The position numbers and the translations under genes are program-made. This document shows positions 1 through 11,700 of a stretch of 35,321 nucleotides of DNA, piece by piece (positions within the stretch are counted from its first letter, which is position 1; every line of letters starts with the position of its first letter). The stretch spans positions 124,001 through 159,321 of the forward strand of contig CAJNYD010000050.1 of assembly GCA_905331295.1 (NCBI GenBank), given 5' to 3'. Below the pieces are notes generated by a model. The model did not search any database and was not told where the DNA came from. It was given only the letters and a program-made list of their open reading frames with translations. Source of the stretch: Rotaria socialis (lineage: Eukaryota).

Positions 1-2111
1 CAAAATTAAAACCAGTTCTCTACATTTCTGATCACTCACCAGTCAATATCATACTAATAAATTTGATATAGGTTGTCAATATGGTGGTGCGGGTGTATGC
101 AAGGGTGCAACATAGGGATAAAAAAAAGTAACAGTGTAGTTTTCTAAGCATCCAAGTACTGTGTACGTATGAGAAAGCTTCCATGATCTTGAATTCATCC
201 TAACTTTGTCGATTAAGTCGTGTCTAGTTTATAACACGAGAATAATTTTTTGAACAAGAAATAGTGAATTTCAGATAGTTTACATATTCGAAAAATAACT
301 AGCTTGTTTCTTTCGTATAAAATTCAGATATTCTCTTGAATCACATCTCATGTAATAGACCAAGTCGAAGCCAATCAAAGATCACGGTTGGTACATACAC
401 ACATATTTATGCTGCCGCATTACCACCCCTGAATCTTGAGAGTGAATCCTAGTGCACATTTATATATATATATATATATGTATATGGGTCTAAGTAGTAC
501 AAGAAATACTTCGAAAGTAACATGTCACCTAAGATTACCATTATTTATTATGAGAAACAACTAGTCTCAGAATTTTGTTATAATGATATTAGTTGAAGAA
601 CGATAAAATATCATATAAATGTAGAGATTTGTTTTCTATTATCAGATCATATAGGGAAAAACGTTTTTTGAAGTTTTGTTCAAATAATTCTAATACCGTT
701 GCCATTAGTGCTGATTTATTATAAGTACTACTATTTTAAAATATAACCTATGTAGGTGCAATTGGGTGGTCACCTTCTGACAGTTTTTTCATCGTCACAT
801 TATTGTGGTGGTACAAACGATGCTGCTGCTGTTCTTGTTGACTCATCAAAATTACGGCTAATAAGACTTCATACAAAATAGAACGAAGAATTTTTTACTT
901 ATTTTTGTTTCCTTTTATACATATTTTTTTAGTTGCTATCTTGAGAATATTGCTTTTGTCAGTAGTCAGCGTGATCTGTCTGATAAAATTGTTGTATCCC
1001 AATGAGAATTAATTAATTGATTTTTCATGCTTACTTAACACAACTCATGTTCGTCTGTGTATACTGATGTATTATTTTTTTTTACTTATTAACACTTATA
1101 TTCCTGAATCAACCCGAATATTTAACATGAAATATAAACAAGATAATAACATAATTTCTACTATATATCAATTACGTTTTCTTGATCAACCATATGAATT
1201 CAAATGCTATTAGATATTTCAAACTCTTCTGAACTTGAAATATGTGGATTCTTTTCTATCATTCAATTATTAGTATTTCTACATATAATTCATCTCAGTC
1301 AGGAAATGATCTAATGTGTTAAATAATAAGAATGAAATTCGTTCAACTATTTCAAAGTTCTAATTTAGTCGTAGTTTTTTATGCTAAACATATTTCAATA
1401 TCAGAAAATTTTCGTACATAAAAATCATGCCTGCAAGTATAATTTGTTGGAAAATTTTATTCGACCTTTCGTGATATGGAAGAATTTCATTTTCTCAAGC
1501 TTTCTATTAGCGTAGTATTGCAATTATATTCTATAAAACAAAGAACATCTGCCATAAACATTTTCCTTCTGTCTAGGAAAGTTTGGTATGCTTCGACATC
1601 ATAGAAGATTCAGGGTCGTCTCTTATGTGGAAGGTCATGATGACTGTCACTAATACATGTCTCAGGTACTATATGAAAAAATTCAACTTTTTGAAATCAG
1701 CATAAGTTTTATTTTTGAGAGTTACATGCAAATGTTGACTTAGCATGATTGAATTGACAGTGATCACTACGGGGAAAATATGGTCCGATCTCAATTTTTC
1801 GCTTTGTTCATCAGAATTTCAATAATTTTACTGTTTACTAAATTGGCAAATTCTGCTCAAATCTATCAAAACCAAGTAAATTTTAGCAAATAATACCCCA
1901 ACAGGCTGGTCTAATCATAGAACATTTCTTGTGACTGATGAACTTGGAGAACGACTGATTATAATATACGCATGAATTTAAGAATCAAATGAATATTATC
2001 ATTTATGACGAGAAAATAACATTTATTTTAAATGATAATGCATAGCTAGAAGTTGGATTGAATCACATAGAAATAAATTTGTTCTTCGCTCATACTAAAT
2101 ATAAAACAATG

Positions 2112-3200
2112 TTAGTTATTCCTTGTTGTAGAATTTTCTGTCCCTGAAAAATGTTGATGAAGAAATAAATTTTTGATTTTTGTAACAAATTGTTTTCGAA
2201 ATTGTCGCGAAGCAGAACAATATAAATAAAAACCAACACCAAAGTAAGCTGAGCTCCACATCAGAAGATATGATCGTACTATTGAATTTGTATCATTATT
2301 TTTTGATTGTTCATAACCATAATAAATAGCATAAATATTAAATGGTAACTGTGTTACTATATATGTAATAACGTTTATTGAAACCATTAATAATAATGTA
2401 CGATCAGTAGCTAGTACGTTTTTTTGCCGGTGAATAATATTTGTAGTGGCTAGTTTTAATATTGGGACAACAGTAAGTGCAATTGGTGGACCACACGCTG
2501 CTGTTTGTGGGGCAACACGTTTTCTTGATTTTCCAATATTAAAAAGCATTCGACAACTACATACAATCATAATAGGGACTGGTATAAGACAAATAATGGC
2601 GAAGCGTATAGGTGGCATAACATGCATAACTAAAGTGTAAAGGGTATCATTGAAAGTAAATGTACAATAGCCGTACTGGCCATAGATATTTAATGGATGA
2701 AAGAAAAATGCATAAAGTAACATAGAACATATTATATAGATTATTGAAAGTTTTAAAACATTCTTTGGTGTACACCATACGCGTGAAAGTATAGGATATT
2801 CTGAACGTAGAAAACGATCAATTGATATTGTTGTTGCTAATAAAGAACATATTGTAAGTGTTGAATTTTGTAACCATAAGACGAATTGACATCGAAATAC
2901 ATCTGATGGGAAAACTTCAAAGGTAAGTAGACTGCCGATAAATTCGAAAATCAGAGATAATAAATGAATTGTATTAGTTATATTAAGTAAAAGGAACAGT
3001 AAGCCTGTTGATACTCGACGTAATTCCTTTTGCGTAAAAAGCAATAATGAAAAAAAGTTTCCAATAAGTCCAGCTGTATAAACAAATGTTCCTATAGTAG
3101 CAGCAGCAATATATATGGGATTCATTGCTTTTAATATCGTAATAATATGAATCCTTGTGTTCAGTAGGTTGTTTTTATTTGCATGGTTTAGCCTTTTCAT
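2112..3200 (-). CDS. Intronless rhodopsin-like (class A) G-protein-coupled receptor, peptide-receptor-like
   Basis: 362-aa ORF with seven hydrophobic segments: TM1 GLIGN, TM3 C...SIDRF (DRY variant), TM6 YIVTQLPF, TM7 GFYLY and helix 8 SRQFRKQF. The true start may be the second Met (MNPIY, ATG at 3125). Confidence 0.9.
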   Translation of the reverse strand: MKRLNHANKNNLLNTRIHIITILKAMNPIYIAAATIGTFVYTAGLIGNFFSLLLFTQKELRRVSTGLLFLLLNITNTIHLLSLIFEFIGSLLTFEVFPSDVFRCQFVLWLQNSTLTICSLLATTISIDRFLRSEYPILSRVWCTPKNVLKLSIIYIICSMLLYAFFFHPLNIYGQYGYCTFTFNDTLYTLVMHVMPPIRFAIICLIPVPIMIVCSCRMLFNIGKSRKRVAPQTAACGPPIALTVVPILKLATTNIIHRQKNVLATDRTLLLMVSINVITYIVTQLPFNIYAIYYGYEQSKNNDTNSIVRSYLLMWSSAYFGVGFYLYCSASRQFRKQFVTKIKNLFLHQHFSGTENSTTRNN

Positions 3201-3991
3201 AGCATTATTTTATTAATTTGTCATTATTTTAATAAAGGGTAATGATGAAGAATGTCTTTTTTTCCTTTGCACAAATAATATAAACGTTGATGTCATATCT
3301 TTTTAGGAAAAATAATGAGGAAAATGTGTCCTAAATACATTTCTCAAATAATTAAAAGGGTCTTTATGGCAATACGCATATTGAAATAGACAGCATGATG
3401 ACGTTGCCGATTCAAGAACAGAAAGAAAATAGGTTACTTCACATTGTGTGAGACGTTGAAATAGTATATCAAGAAGTCCAAAAATCTTGTATAACTTTCG
3501 CTTCGATATAGAAAGAAGTTTTAGTGAGAATTAATTCTAAGATTGGTTTGATAAAACAAAAATCACAGTTCAATGAATATGAAAATATATTTTATTATCT
3601 TTTCTTAGTAAGGAAAATGTTCTATCCCGTCTTGTAGCATCATCGATTCTTTTATACAGCAGACCACTACTTCAGTTGATCGTCAATAATAATTATCGCG
3701 TATCTATTTCAACTATTCTAATAGAATAATTAACATATTAATTCATTTTTTTTTAAACATATATGTTTATTGTTCCCATAGTTGGGTTAACAATTAGACA
3801 AAATCACCGTTTTACACCATATAGAGATAGAGATAATTAAGAAGAGTGAGCAAGAATAGAATGGCAGAGACAAAAAACAAAAAACAAAATAAAATGAAAA
3901 GTTTATGTGGATACATTGGAAAAGTATTTTAGAACAAAGTGTTCAAGAAGAGAAGAGGTAGTTTTGAAAAAGCAGAAATGTCTTTTGTGTA

Positions 3992-4288
3992 CCCAGGTCG
4001 AACATTCCGGCCACCGTATCCCGTAGGATACTCCAGGGAATATGCGGGAAAGTCACCATATCCTGCAGGAAAACACGGGAAATCGCTGGAACAGGGAAGC
4101 AGTATTCCGGTCAAAAATACGGTCGGACTTTTCCGGCGAATTCCTGCCAAGTTCCGGTGCTTTCCGGCAGGAATTGATCGGAAATCACCGGAAAAAATCC
4201 GAAAATTTTCCAACCGGAATACTGCTTCCACAAAATCAACGGAACTACCCGGAACTGGTCGTTTCTAGGCCGGACTGTTCGACCTGGG
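3992..4288. mobile_element. MITE (297 bp), Tc1/mariner-type, TA target duplication
   Basis: 21-bp terminal inverted repeats CCCAGGTCGAACA(T/G)TCCGGCC with 1 mismatch, flanked by TA at 3990-3991 and 4289-4290. Perfect internal 17-bp inverted pair GGAAGCAGTATTCCGGT (4095-4111 / 4213-4229). It is a GC-rich island in AT-rich DNA. Confidence 0.9.
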
Positions 4289-4947
4289 TACATCAAAGTT
4301 TCAGAGCTAGTTGTTCTTATTTCGGACTACTTCAGTAGTGTTTTTAACTCCTGCAAGCATGTAATTGGACCCACTTTGAACTACTTTGACCTACTTTTGG
4401 GGTACTTTTATATTTCAAGTCCGGCGTTTCCCCATCGATTGAACATCTCCTTAACTTGACATGCATGATTGTCTACATATAGTATGATTTTGTTTTAACA
4501 TGGAAGAATAAAAAGGACACTAGGTTATTGTTAACAACAAACAGTTTCTACTGAATCATGTGCTGAGAAAGTTTTAGTGGGAACATCAGACAGTAAATTT
4601 ACTACATCACATATGTGTACAGCAAACAATATGTATTTCTATGTTCTAGACTCATCAATGAGCCAACGTTTATATCAATGGTTAACTGGAAAAACTGAAG
4701 CACATGACAAATTGGAATAGGTTATTGATAATAAACAATGTATCATATAGGACGAGCAATATATCCTATGCTCCTGTCACTGCATGAAATCTGACGTGAC
4801 TGCTTCGAAGTTGATTTCTCCATGGTAATTTAATCACCTCAGCTGTTTACAGTTTTTAGTTGAGATCAAGAACGTCATTTAATTTAGTTGGGATCATCAT
4901 GACTCGATTTCTTTGAATATAAAATTGCCCAGTACCCATATATATAT

Positions 4948-5372
4948 GTTAGAGTCCAAACTGAGATCACGTCGAATCTCAGATTGGCCTAGACGAATCT
5001 CGAATCCGAGATTGGACGTGTCCAATGTCGGATTGAACGGAAATTTAACATTAAAACGTGAATTACTCTGTATATCGGTATAGGATTCAAATTCTTATTG
5101 ATGAATTATGATCAGGGTAGCCCATACCCTGACACCCTCACCCTCAAGATTGAAAAGTGCCCATAACTCATCGAGTCTTTAATTTATTCGTTTATTGATG
5201 ATTACGTTACCTAATTTGATGATACTTCATCGAAGTCCATAAGTAGAAAATCGAATCCTACACCAATATACAGAGTAATTCACGTTTTAATGTTAAATTT
5301 CCGCTCAATCCAACATTGGACGCGTCCAATCTCGGATTCGAGATTCGACGTGATCTCAGTTTGGACGCGAAC
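4948..5372. mobile_element. Foldback/MITE with ~120-140 bp inverted arms inserted in a (TA)n microsatellite
   Basis: The left arm 4948-~5088 (GTCCAAACTGAGATCACGTCGAATCTC...AAATTTAACATTAAAACGTGAATTACTCTGTATAT) is the near-perfect reverse complement of ~5253-5372. Both ends abut TA runs. The left arm carries ~21 extra bases. Confidence 0.88.
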
Positions 5373-6002
5373 TTATATATATATATATATCATTGATCTT
5401 GTTAAATTATGAATTCTGTAGTTGTATAGTTACATTGATTTATGTATATATCTTTTTACGAAGTAAAGAAAGTCAGATTTTAGACTTATAAACACAAAGG
5501 TCGAGAATTGCCTAAAAACTTAGATTTTTCATTTTTTTCTAGAAAAACCTTAAAGGATGAGTGGATAACAACCATTTTTTGTGCCGCTAGAACAATATCA
5601 AGTTCGTCGTGTTCTCTCATATCTACTCTTATCCATTGTGATAAATTTTATGTTGTCTTCTCTTTTCTTTTCTCATCGATTCTGCGTCGACAAACCTCTC
5701 TCAATGTGAAAAGATCAGTATATAATGTCATTGGACAAAGGGAAATGTCTCCGAGAGAGTGCGTATGTTATTGTTCAAGAATATATATTTTGCTATTTAA
5801 AAATAAAAGGATAATTTTTGTTGTCGAAATGGAACTTGAGACATGTGGTATATAAAGTGCTCGAATCAAGTAAAAAGCAATTCTTGATAACATATAATAT
5901 ATAGAGTTTATTTGTTGACAGCTCTCGATCATCATTCAATCGATATCCATACTACTATATGGGGATTGCAAAAACGGGTTTTGTACATTGCCATAGGAAG
6001 TA

Positions 6003-6650
6003 ACGGGTGAGCCATAGAGAATGTCACCGTTTATATTTTGATGATATCTCGTTCGTTTTTCATCCTAGCTGATTAGTTTTTTTCTAAATACTCCCCGTCA
6101 AAAGCTCTACAAAATACATTATCTTTATTATCGAAAATATTCTCCACCATTTTGAGATATGCGATACAATCGATTAGTCCAAAACGCACAACTTTCAAAG
6201 ACAACTTGTTGGCGAATCTTTCCAACAGCTCGTTTCACCTCGATGATGAGAGTATTTTTCGACTTGATCTTATCCCTATTAGCAGCATGAGCAATTTCAT
6301 CCCAGATTGAGTAGTCTAAAGGATTTAAATCTTGGCTGTTTGAAGGCCAATGATCCTTGTCGATAAATGATGGAAAATTGTCGTTGCACCATTATTGCGT
6401 TAGATGATGGATATGAGGCTTTGCGCTATCTTGTTGAAATGTCCAATCAGTCCCCAGGATGTCGTTTCCGCATTTCAGAGCCACTGAAAGCACTTCTCGA
6501 ATGTATCGGTCATGATCGATCGTTCCTTCATCAAAAATAACGATTGGTGACACTCCCTTGGAACACACAGCCAACCAAACCATCACTTTCTGAGGAAACT
6601 TTCGATTTTACTTTACGCCACCCTTTGATCAGCTTCGGCACGGCTGACTG
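6003..6650 (-). mobile_element. 3' half of a maT/Tc1-like DNA transposon
   Basis: The transposase relic is followed ~100 bp downstream by a TIR-like end (CGGGTGAGCCATAGAGAATGTCACC at ~6004). No matching left end was seen. Confidence 0.6.
6128..6650 (-). pseudogene. Degenerate Tc1/mariner-superfamily transposase, DD37D (maT-type), 5' truncated
   Basis: Manual translation: KFPQKVMVWLAVCSKG...WTFQQDSAKPHIHHLTQ*WCNDNFPSFIDKDHWPSNSQDLNPLDYSIWDE...ISQNGGEYFR*. There are 37 residues between the QQD and NPLD aspartates, an in-frame stop at 6392-6394 and a frameshift near 6620. Confidence 0.9.
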
Positions 6651-6651
6651 T

Positions 6652-6790
6652 TAGGGATCAGCGGAGTCGCACTTGTTGATTCCTAATCTCGACCCGATTC
6701 CGACAAAAACATTTTTTCGATTCCGCTTCCGACTCCGACTCTGGCGAGAAATTTTTCCTGAATTCGACTCCGGAAAAAACCCGACTTTTT
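6652..6790. mobile_element. End of a non-autonomous element with CCGACT/CCGATT subterminal repeats that interrupts the transposase
   Basis: It begins TAGGGATCAGCGGAGTCG exactly where transposase similarity stops, then carries repeated CCGATTCCGAC / CCGCTTCCGACTCCGACT / CGACTCCGG motifs. The partner terminus was not found. Confidence 0.55.
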
Positions 6791-6799
6791 TTGCAGCGT

Positions 6800-7180
6800 T
6801 TATGGTGACTAAACTAGGCCATTTCTAAGGTATGAGCTTTTTTGAGTGCCTGGGGTCCCCCTTAGGGATATTAAAAAAATTGATGTTCGAATTTTGACTT
6901 GAAATTTTTCATAGAAAGACTCGCTAAGGAGAACAATTTCTTGTGAACGTTTTAGACCTTTCTACTATTCCTATCGTTAGACACGGATATTGCGAAATTT
7001 TATTGCACATCTTGCAAATTCAATGATCAAAAGCATCCAAGAAACACTACTCTCGTTGAGATGTATTGCTACATAAAATCTCAAGTTAAAATTCGAAAAT
7101 CAATTTTCGAATGTTCTTGAAGGGGGCTACAGCAATAATTAAAAAATACAATAAAAATGGTCTATTTTCGTAACAATAAG
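6800..7180. repeat. Imperfect long inverted repeat (old foldback element)
   Basis: CCCCTTAGGGATATTAAAAAAATTGATGTTCGAATTTTGACTTGAAATTTT (~6857-6908) pairs with AAAATCTCAAGTTAAAATTCGAAAATCAATTTTCGAATGTTCTTGAAGGGG (~7075-7125). Weaker pairing extends outward. Confidence 0.65.
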
Positions 7181-7626
7181 CTATCCGCTCAAAATATTTT
7201 TAGCGTATTCATAACTCCTTGGGAGCTGCATAATCTAAGTAGTTTCAACGCAAAAGCGGTTGAACACTTGGTGGCCCTCCCTCGTTAGCATAATGAAACA
7301 TTTTTCAACGAGAACTCATTTTCTTTCGAGTAGATACAACATCTCTTCAAAAATACTTTTAAAATTTGATATTGGTTTTTATTGCCAAGGTTCTTTTGAA
7401 TTTTTACAATCGATCAAATTTTATTAATTAATATCTATCAATGAATTTTAATCAATGAAAAGTTCAAGAAAACTCCTCGAAATTAGAAGAGGCCAAAATA
7501 TAAGTTTACAGTAATATCATAGTTTAATAAAAAAATAAAACAATTTTGATCGATATTAAAAATGCTCTAAAACCGAATGTAAATATTGAATATCAGCACG
7601 ATCAACATTTTCCATTAGGTTATCAA

Positions 7627-7859
7627 GAAGAAGAAGAAGAAGAATATCCTTGGCTTTCGGCTACCTTTCAGTAAAGGGTGCTGTCCAAGGACAGTTTCAT
7701 TAGCTCGATGTTTTCCTACAACTATTACTAGTCACAAGGTCTTTTTTAGTATATGCCGATCACATTGTCAGTGTGCTATTGAATGGGTGCTCCGAGACAA
7801 TTAACCGTTAGTGACTTGTCCAAGGTCATTCTATAGATGATGGTTCCACGATTCGAACA
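7627..7859 (-). mobile_element. SINE-like retroposon, 5' truncated, with 14-bp TSD and (TTC)n tail
   Basis: Exact direct repeat CATTAGGTTATCAA at 7613-7626 and 7860-7873. On the minus strand it starts with B-box-like GTTCGAATC, contains TGACCTTGGACAAGTCACTAAC and ends in about six TTC units. Confidence 0.8.
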
Positions 7860-8783
7860 CATTAGGTTATCAACCCATTCTACAATTGATTACATGCTTT
7901 ATACGTATGTCGAGGCCAAAAACGTTCTTGTATCTTAAGAATTCTTGAAAAATGAAAATACTTAATTATCAAGATTAACTTTAATGTTTTGGCATGCAGA
8001 AAATTGTAGGTATTGTTTTATTATATATTAAAATAAAGCGTAAAAAGTCAATTTCAAAAAATGTTCCGAAACGTGATTGTAGAAAATCAAGTTTTCATTC
8101 ATTTTTATAATTAGCAAAAGTAATTAATTACAAATATTCCAATTCAAAGATATCGAAAAGTAAAAAGCTCTTTTATAAAATTCAAAGATTAAATTTCAAT
8201 ATTTTTATTAGAAACTATTATTTCATCATTAATACAACATATAAAAGTAAAATATTTTGTTTCTTTTCTCTGACTTTATTTTTATTTTTGGGTGTACAAT
8301 ATGTGTTAGAAAACTATTACAAAACGTAAATGGTCAAAATTAATAAATTTAATTTAGTCAAATAGAAGTTCTTCATTCAAAAACTAATATGAAAAGAGAT
8401 TTTAGTGACAGAAAGTTGAGTGGAACATAAAACAAAAATTAGGCTAATTTGTACTTTTACTCTTTCTGTTCAGTAATATTTCTTGCTTTATTCATCAATG
8501 ATAATCATAAATTATGATTAACGTAGTTATTCGGTATTGATAGAAATGATTCTTTCTTTTTTCATCGTTATATAATTATATCGATGATATAAAACAAAGA
8601 AAACGACAAATACTCGACGGTAATGTTGAGATAATTCAAGAGGACATAGAAGGTGGTGAAGGAAGAGCTCATTTTAATAATAGTCTGGTTAAGCATAAAA
8701 GTTTTTAGATGCTTATTGACAATGATAAAGATTGAATATATATTCATTGACTTTTTTTCTTTTTATATAAATAAAATAAAAGT

Positions 8784-11700
8784 TTAAATAAGATCAATCG
8801 AACTAGGAAATCCATTGTCTATTTCACCCGATTCATTTATTTGTTCGCCTGATAAATAATAACTTAATTTATAATTGAGTCGAGCTGGTTCCTACAGAAG
8901 ATAGAAAAATAAAAAAATAAACGATGAATTTAAAGATAACAATCATCAACTAACTTTATTTGGATTTGATACAATTAAAATTTGTGTAATAGCTTGTGCT
9001 GTTAATATTGGATTGCATACAGGCAAATCACTTGTTGATAGATTTTGTAATTTAATTCGCATATTCTAGAAAAAGATTTCAAAATTAAAGTATTTTAATC
9101 GATAGATAAAGTAAAAATCTTTACTTTAGGTACAGCTGCTTGAAAATGAAAATTATTAATTGCATTTGAAGTACTTGTATTAGTAACAGATAATACACTA
9201 ACAATAACATCTGGACGTGGAGAATCACGAGCAATATGAAGAACACAATGAACACCTGTTTGATGAATTAATTTTATATTTATCGATGGATTAACTGATG
9301 AAGGACGAATCGATTCAAGAGATATTATTGGAAATACATATTCAGTTTCTAAAGATTTTAATGACGAAGAACCTTTTATTTCATTTAATGGAATTTTATT
9401 TTGATTTGAGCCTATTGTTTGAAATGAACTTAAAATAAACATATATTTTAGTGTAAAACAACAAAATTTATTTAATATTTATACGTTTTAGTTGACGAAA
9501 TCTTTTGTCCTGTCGATTGATCAAAAAGAAGATCTTGCAAATCATGAAAAAGTTCGCCTTTTTTTGTGGTTGCTCCTTCATTTGTATTTGTTATTGATGA
9601 AGCTTAATAATAAAAATATTTAAATTCAATCAAATATAAATAAAATAATTAAAAAACGTGTATTACTTGTTTTATTTGCATTTGTTATTGGAAAAATTGG
9701 TAAACAATCATCAATTGGATTAAGATTTCCAGCTGAATTCGATGATTCTATATGAATTTTATTATCAGAACTGACCGTTATTGATCCGAATAGTTCATCA
9801 AGTTCATTTGTGCTAGATTTTATGTTATTGGTTGGATCTATATGAATATAATTTATTTACTTCAAATAAATGTTAACTGTTGGGAAATAAATAAAATATG
9901 ACCATATTCATATTGAGATTTTCACAAATTGAAAGTGAAAATAAAGGAATGAAAATTTTACTCAATGCATATCTCTTAAGATGGACAATATGTCAATAAT
10001 GTGAAAGAAACATGCTCATATTCGATTGAATAAAAGGAGGGGGACACTTTGTACACAAAACGGCCCTAAATGAAAATCAGTTCTAACTACGATTTCATGC
10101 TGTACTGTGTGTGAGTACACGATTCTGAGCTTTTACAAGACATTTTCAAACGGTTTTAGTCTCTCTCCACAAACAGTAGATCTCTACAATAAAACATACA
10201 CTGCCGCGACTGCTGTAGTAGCCAGCAACACCTTATACAGACCCCATAATAGGCTGCAGATAGAGCTTTTCAAAACCTACAAAATGATCATAAAACATCC
10301 AGTAAAATATGCTGTGCTCGACAATTCCTAAACAGCATACTATCGAAATTCTATGGAAAGGCGAATGTATGGCAAAGTGTGGTGCATACGACCTCCGTTA
10401 GTGAACTAGATAGCACTGTGATTTTAGCAGCGGAAAGTTAGGCGATCGGGTGGTTTAAAATGTTCTGAGGTGAGAGGGTATGTAGGGTCCCTCTGAGAAA
10501 TTATAAAAACTCGGAGAGATTTGTTTATGTTTTCACAGGGATGGTGAAGTTGTCGGATTGTAACCGAATGAATATTGAAAGGATTTTTTATATGTGCCGC
10601 TTCATAAACCCAGGTCAAATACGTACGGTGGAAAACTGTCTGATCCGGTGATTTTTCATCGAATTCCGGAAGCAGTATTCCGAAAAGTTTTCCGGCCTCC
10701 GTTTCCAGGGTATTTCCCGCTAACTCCTGGTTCCGGAACCGTTAAGCGGATACTGCTTCCGTTTACAACAGGATTCCGCACTACGTTTCCGATAGTTTCC
10801 ATTTACAGCAGGATTCCGGAGTACGTTTCCGATCGTTTCCTTTTGACGATCGGAAACGAAGGAATATGAATAGTTTCCGATCTAGATACGTAGCTAGGAT
10901 CTGGCCGTTTTTAAACCGGGTATGGAGTCCGGATTGCGCCGTTCCAACAACCGGATCCGGCGAATAAGAACTATTCGATGTTTCCTTTTTCTAATTGAGA
11001 AAAATTTATGAATTTCAAGGATAAGTACATATTTCTTATTTGAAGTACGAATCTGTAGAATTTCTGCGTAGCGTTGGATGGAAACTGACTTTTCAAAAAG
11101 CATCATAGAAAGTCTAGTAAACAAAATATTTAGATTGAAATCAATAGATGAATGAATTTAACTGAATCTTTTTGTCGATTCTGTCACATAAAGTCTTTAC
11201 GATATATTGTTAACCTAACTAATTTTGATTAATATTGCATACCTAATGTATTACCAATTACTTTTGGCATGAACCTCATTAAAATTNNNNNNNNNNNNNN
11301 NNNNNNNNNNNNNNNNNNNNNNNNNNNNNNNNNNNNNNNNNNNNNNNNNNNNNNNNNNNNNNNNNNNNNNNNNNNNNNNNNNNNNNTGCAAATTAAAAAC
11401 AGACCATCTTTATTATCATTGTCTTGTCGAACTAATCGATCATATTGTGCCAACACTCGCGATAATGAATCACTTGCAGATAATATTTCACCTGAATAAA
11501 TTGAAAAATGAAAATAAAAATGAAAAACAAGTAAACAAACCGAGTCCTTCATCTCCATCTTCACTTTCAGTTGCTAATCGAAACAAAATAGGTCGAAATT
11601 TTTCTAATTCTTCATGTAAGTACTAAAAAACGAAAATAGAACATAAAAGTTCAAAATCAAAACACAAGCTAAATCAAGGATTGTACAAACACTCATTGTT

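Noticed and set aside
125..205. KHPSTVYV*ESF, faintly like the Tc1 KHP..VMVWG motif
   Set aside because: Too short and interrupted, with no further DDE motifs in frame.
3929..4338. Four overlapping ORFs of 61-109 aa on both strands
   Set aside because: They coincide with the GC-rich MITE, where stops are simply rare, and show no protein motifs.
5508..5855. 115-aa ORF
   Set aside because: Non-ATG start, composition typical of AT-rich non-coding DNA and no motif.
9485..9602. Autoinhibitory DXXLL motif in the GGA hinge (HDLQDLLF)
   Set aside because: The spacing does not fit DXXLL. At most it is a DLL-type clathrin motif.
10107..11124. ORFs of 64-91 aa inside the GGA intron
   Set aside because: They lie in repeat or MITE sequence and have no domain signal.
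11229..11564. ORFs containing X runs
   Set aside because: Artefacts of the N gap. Only 11405-11491 and the part from 11541 upward are real GGA exon sequence.
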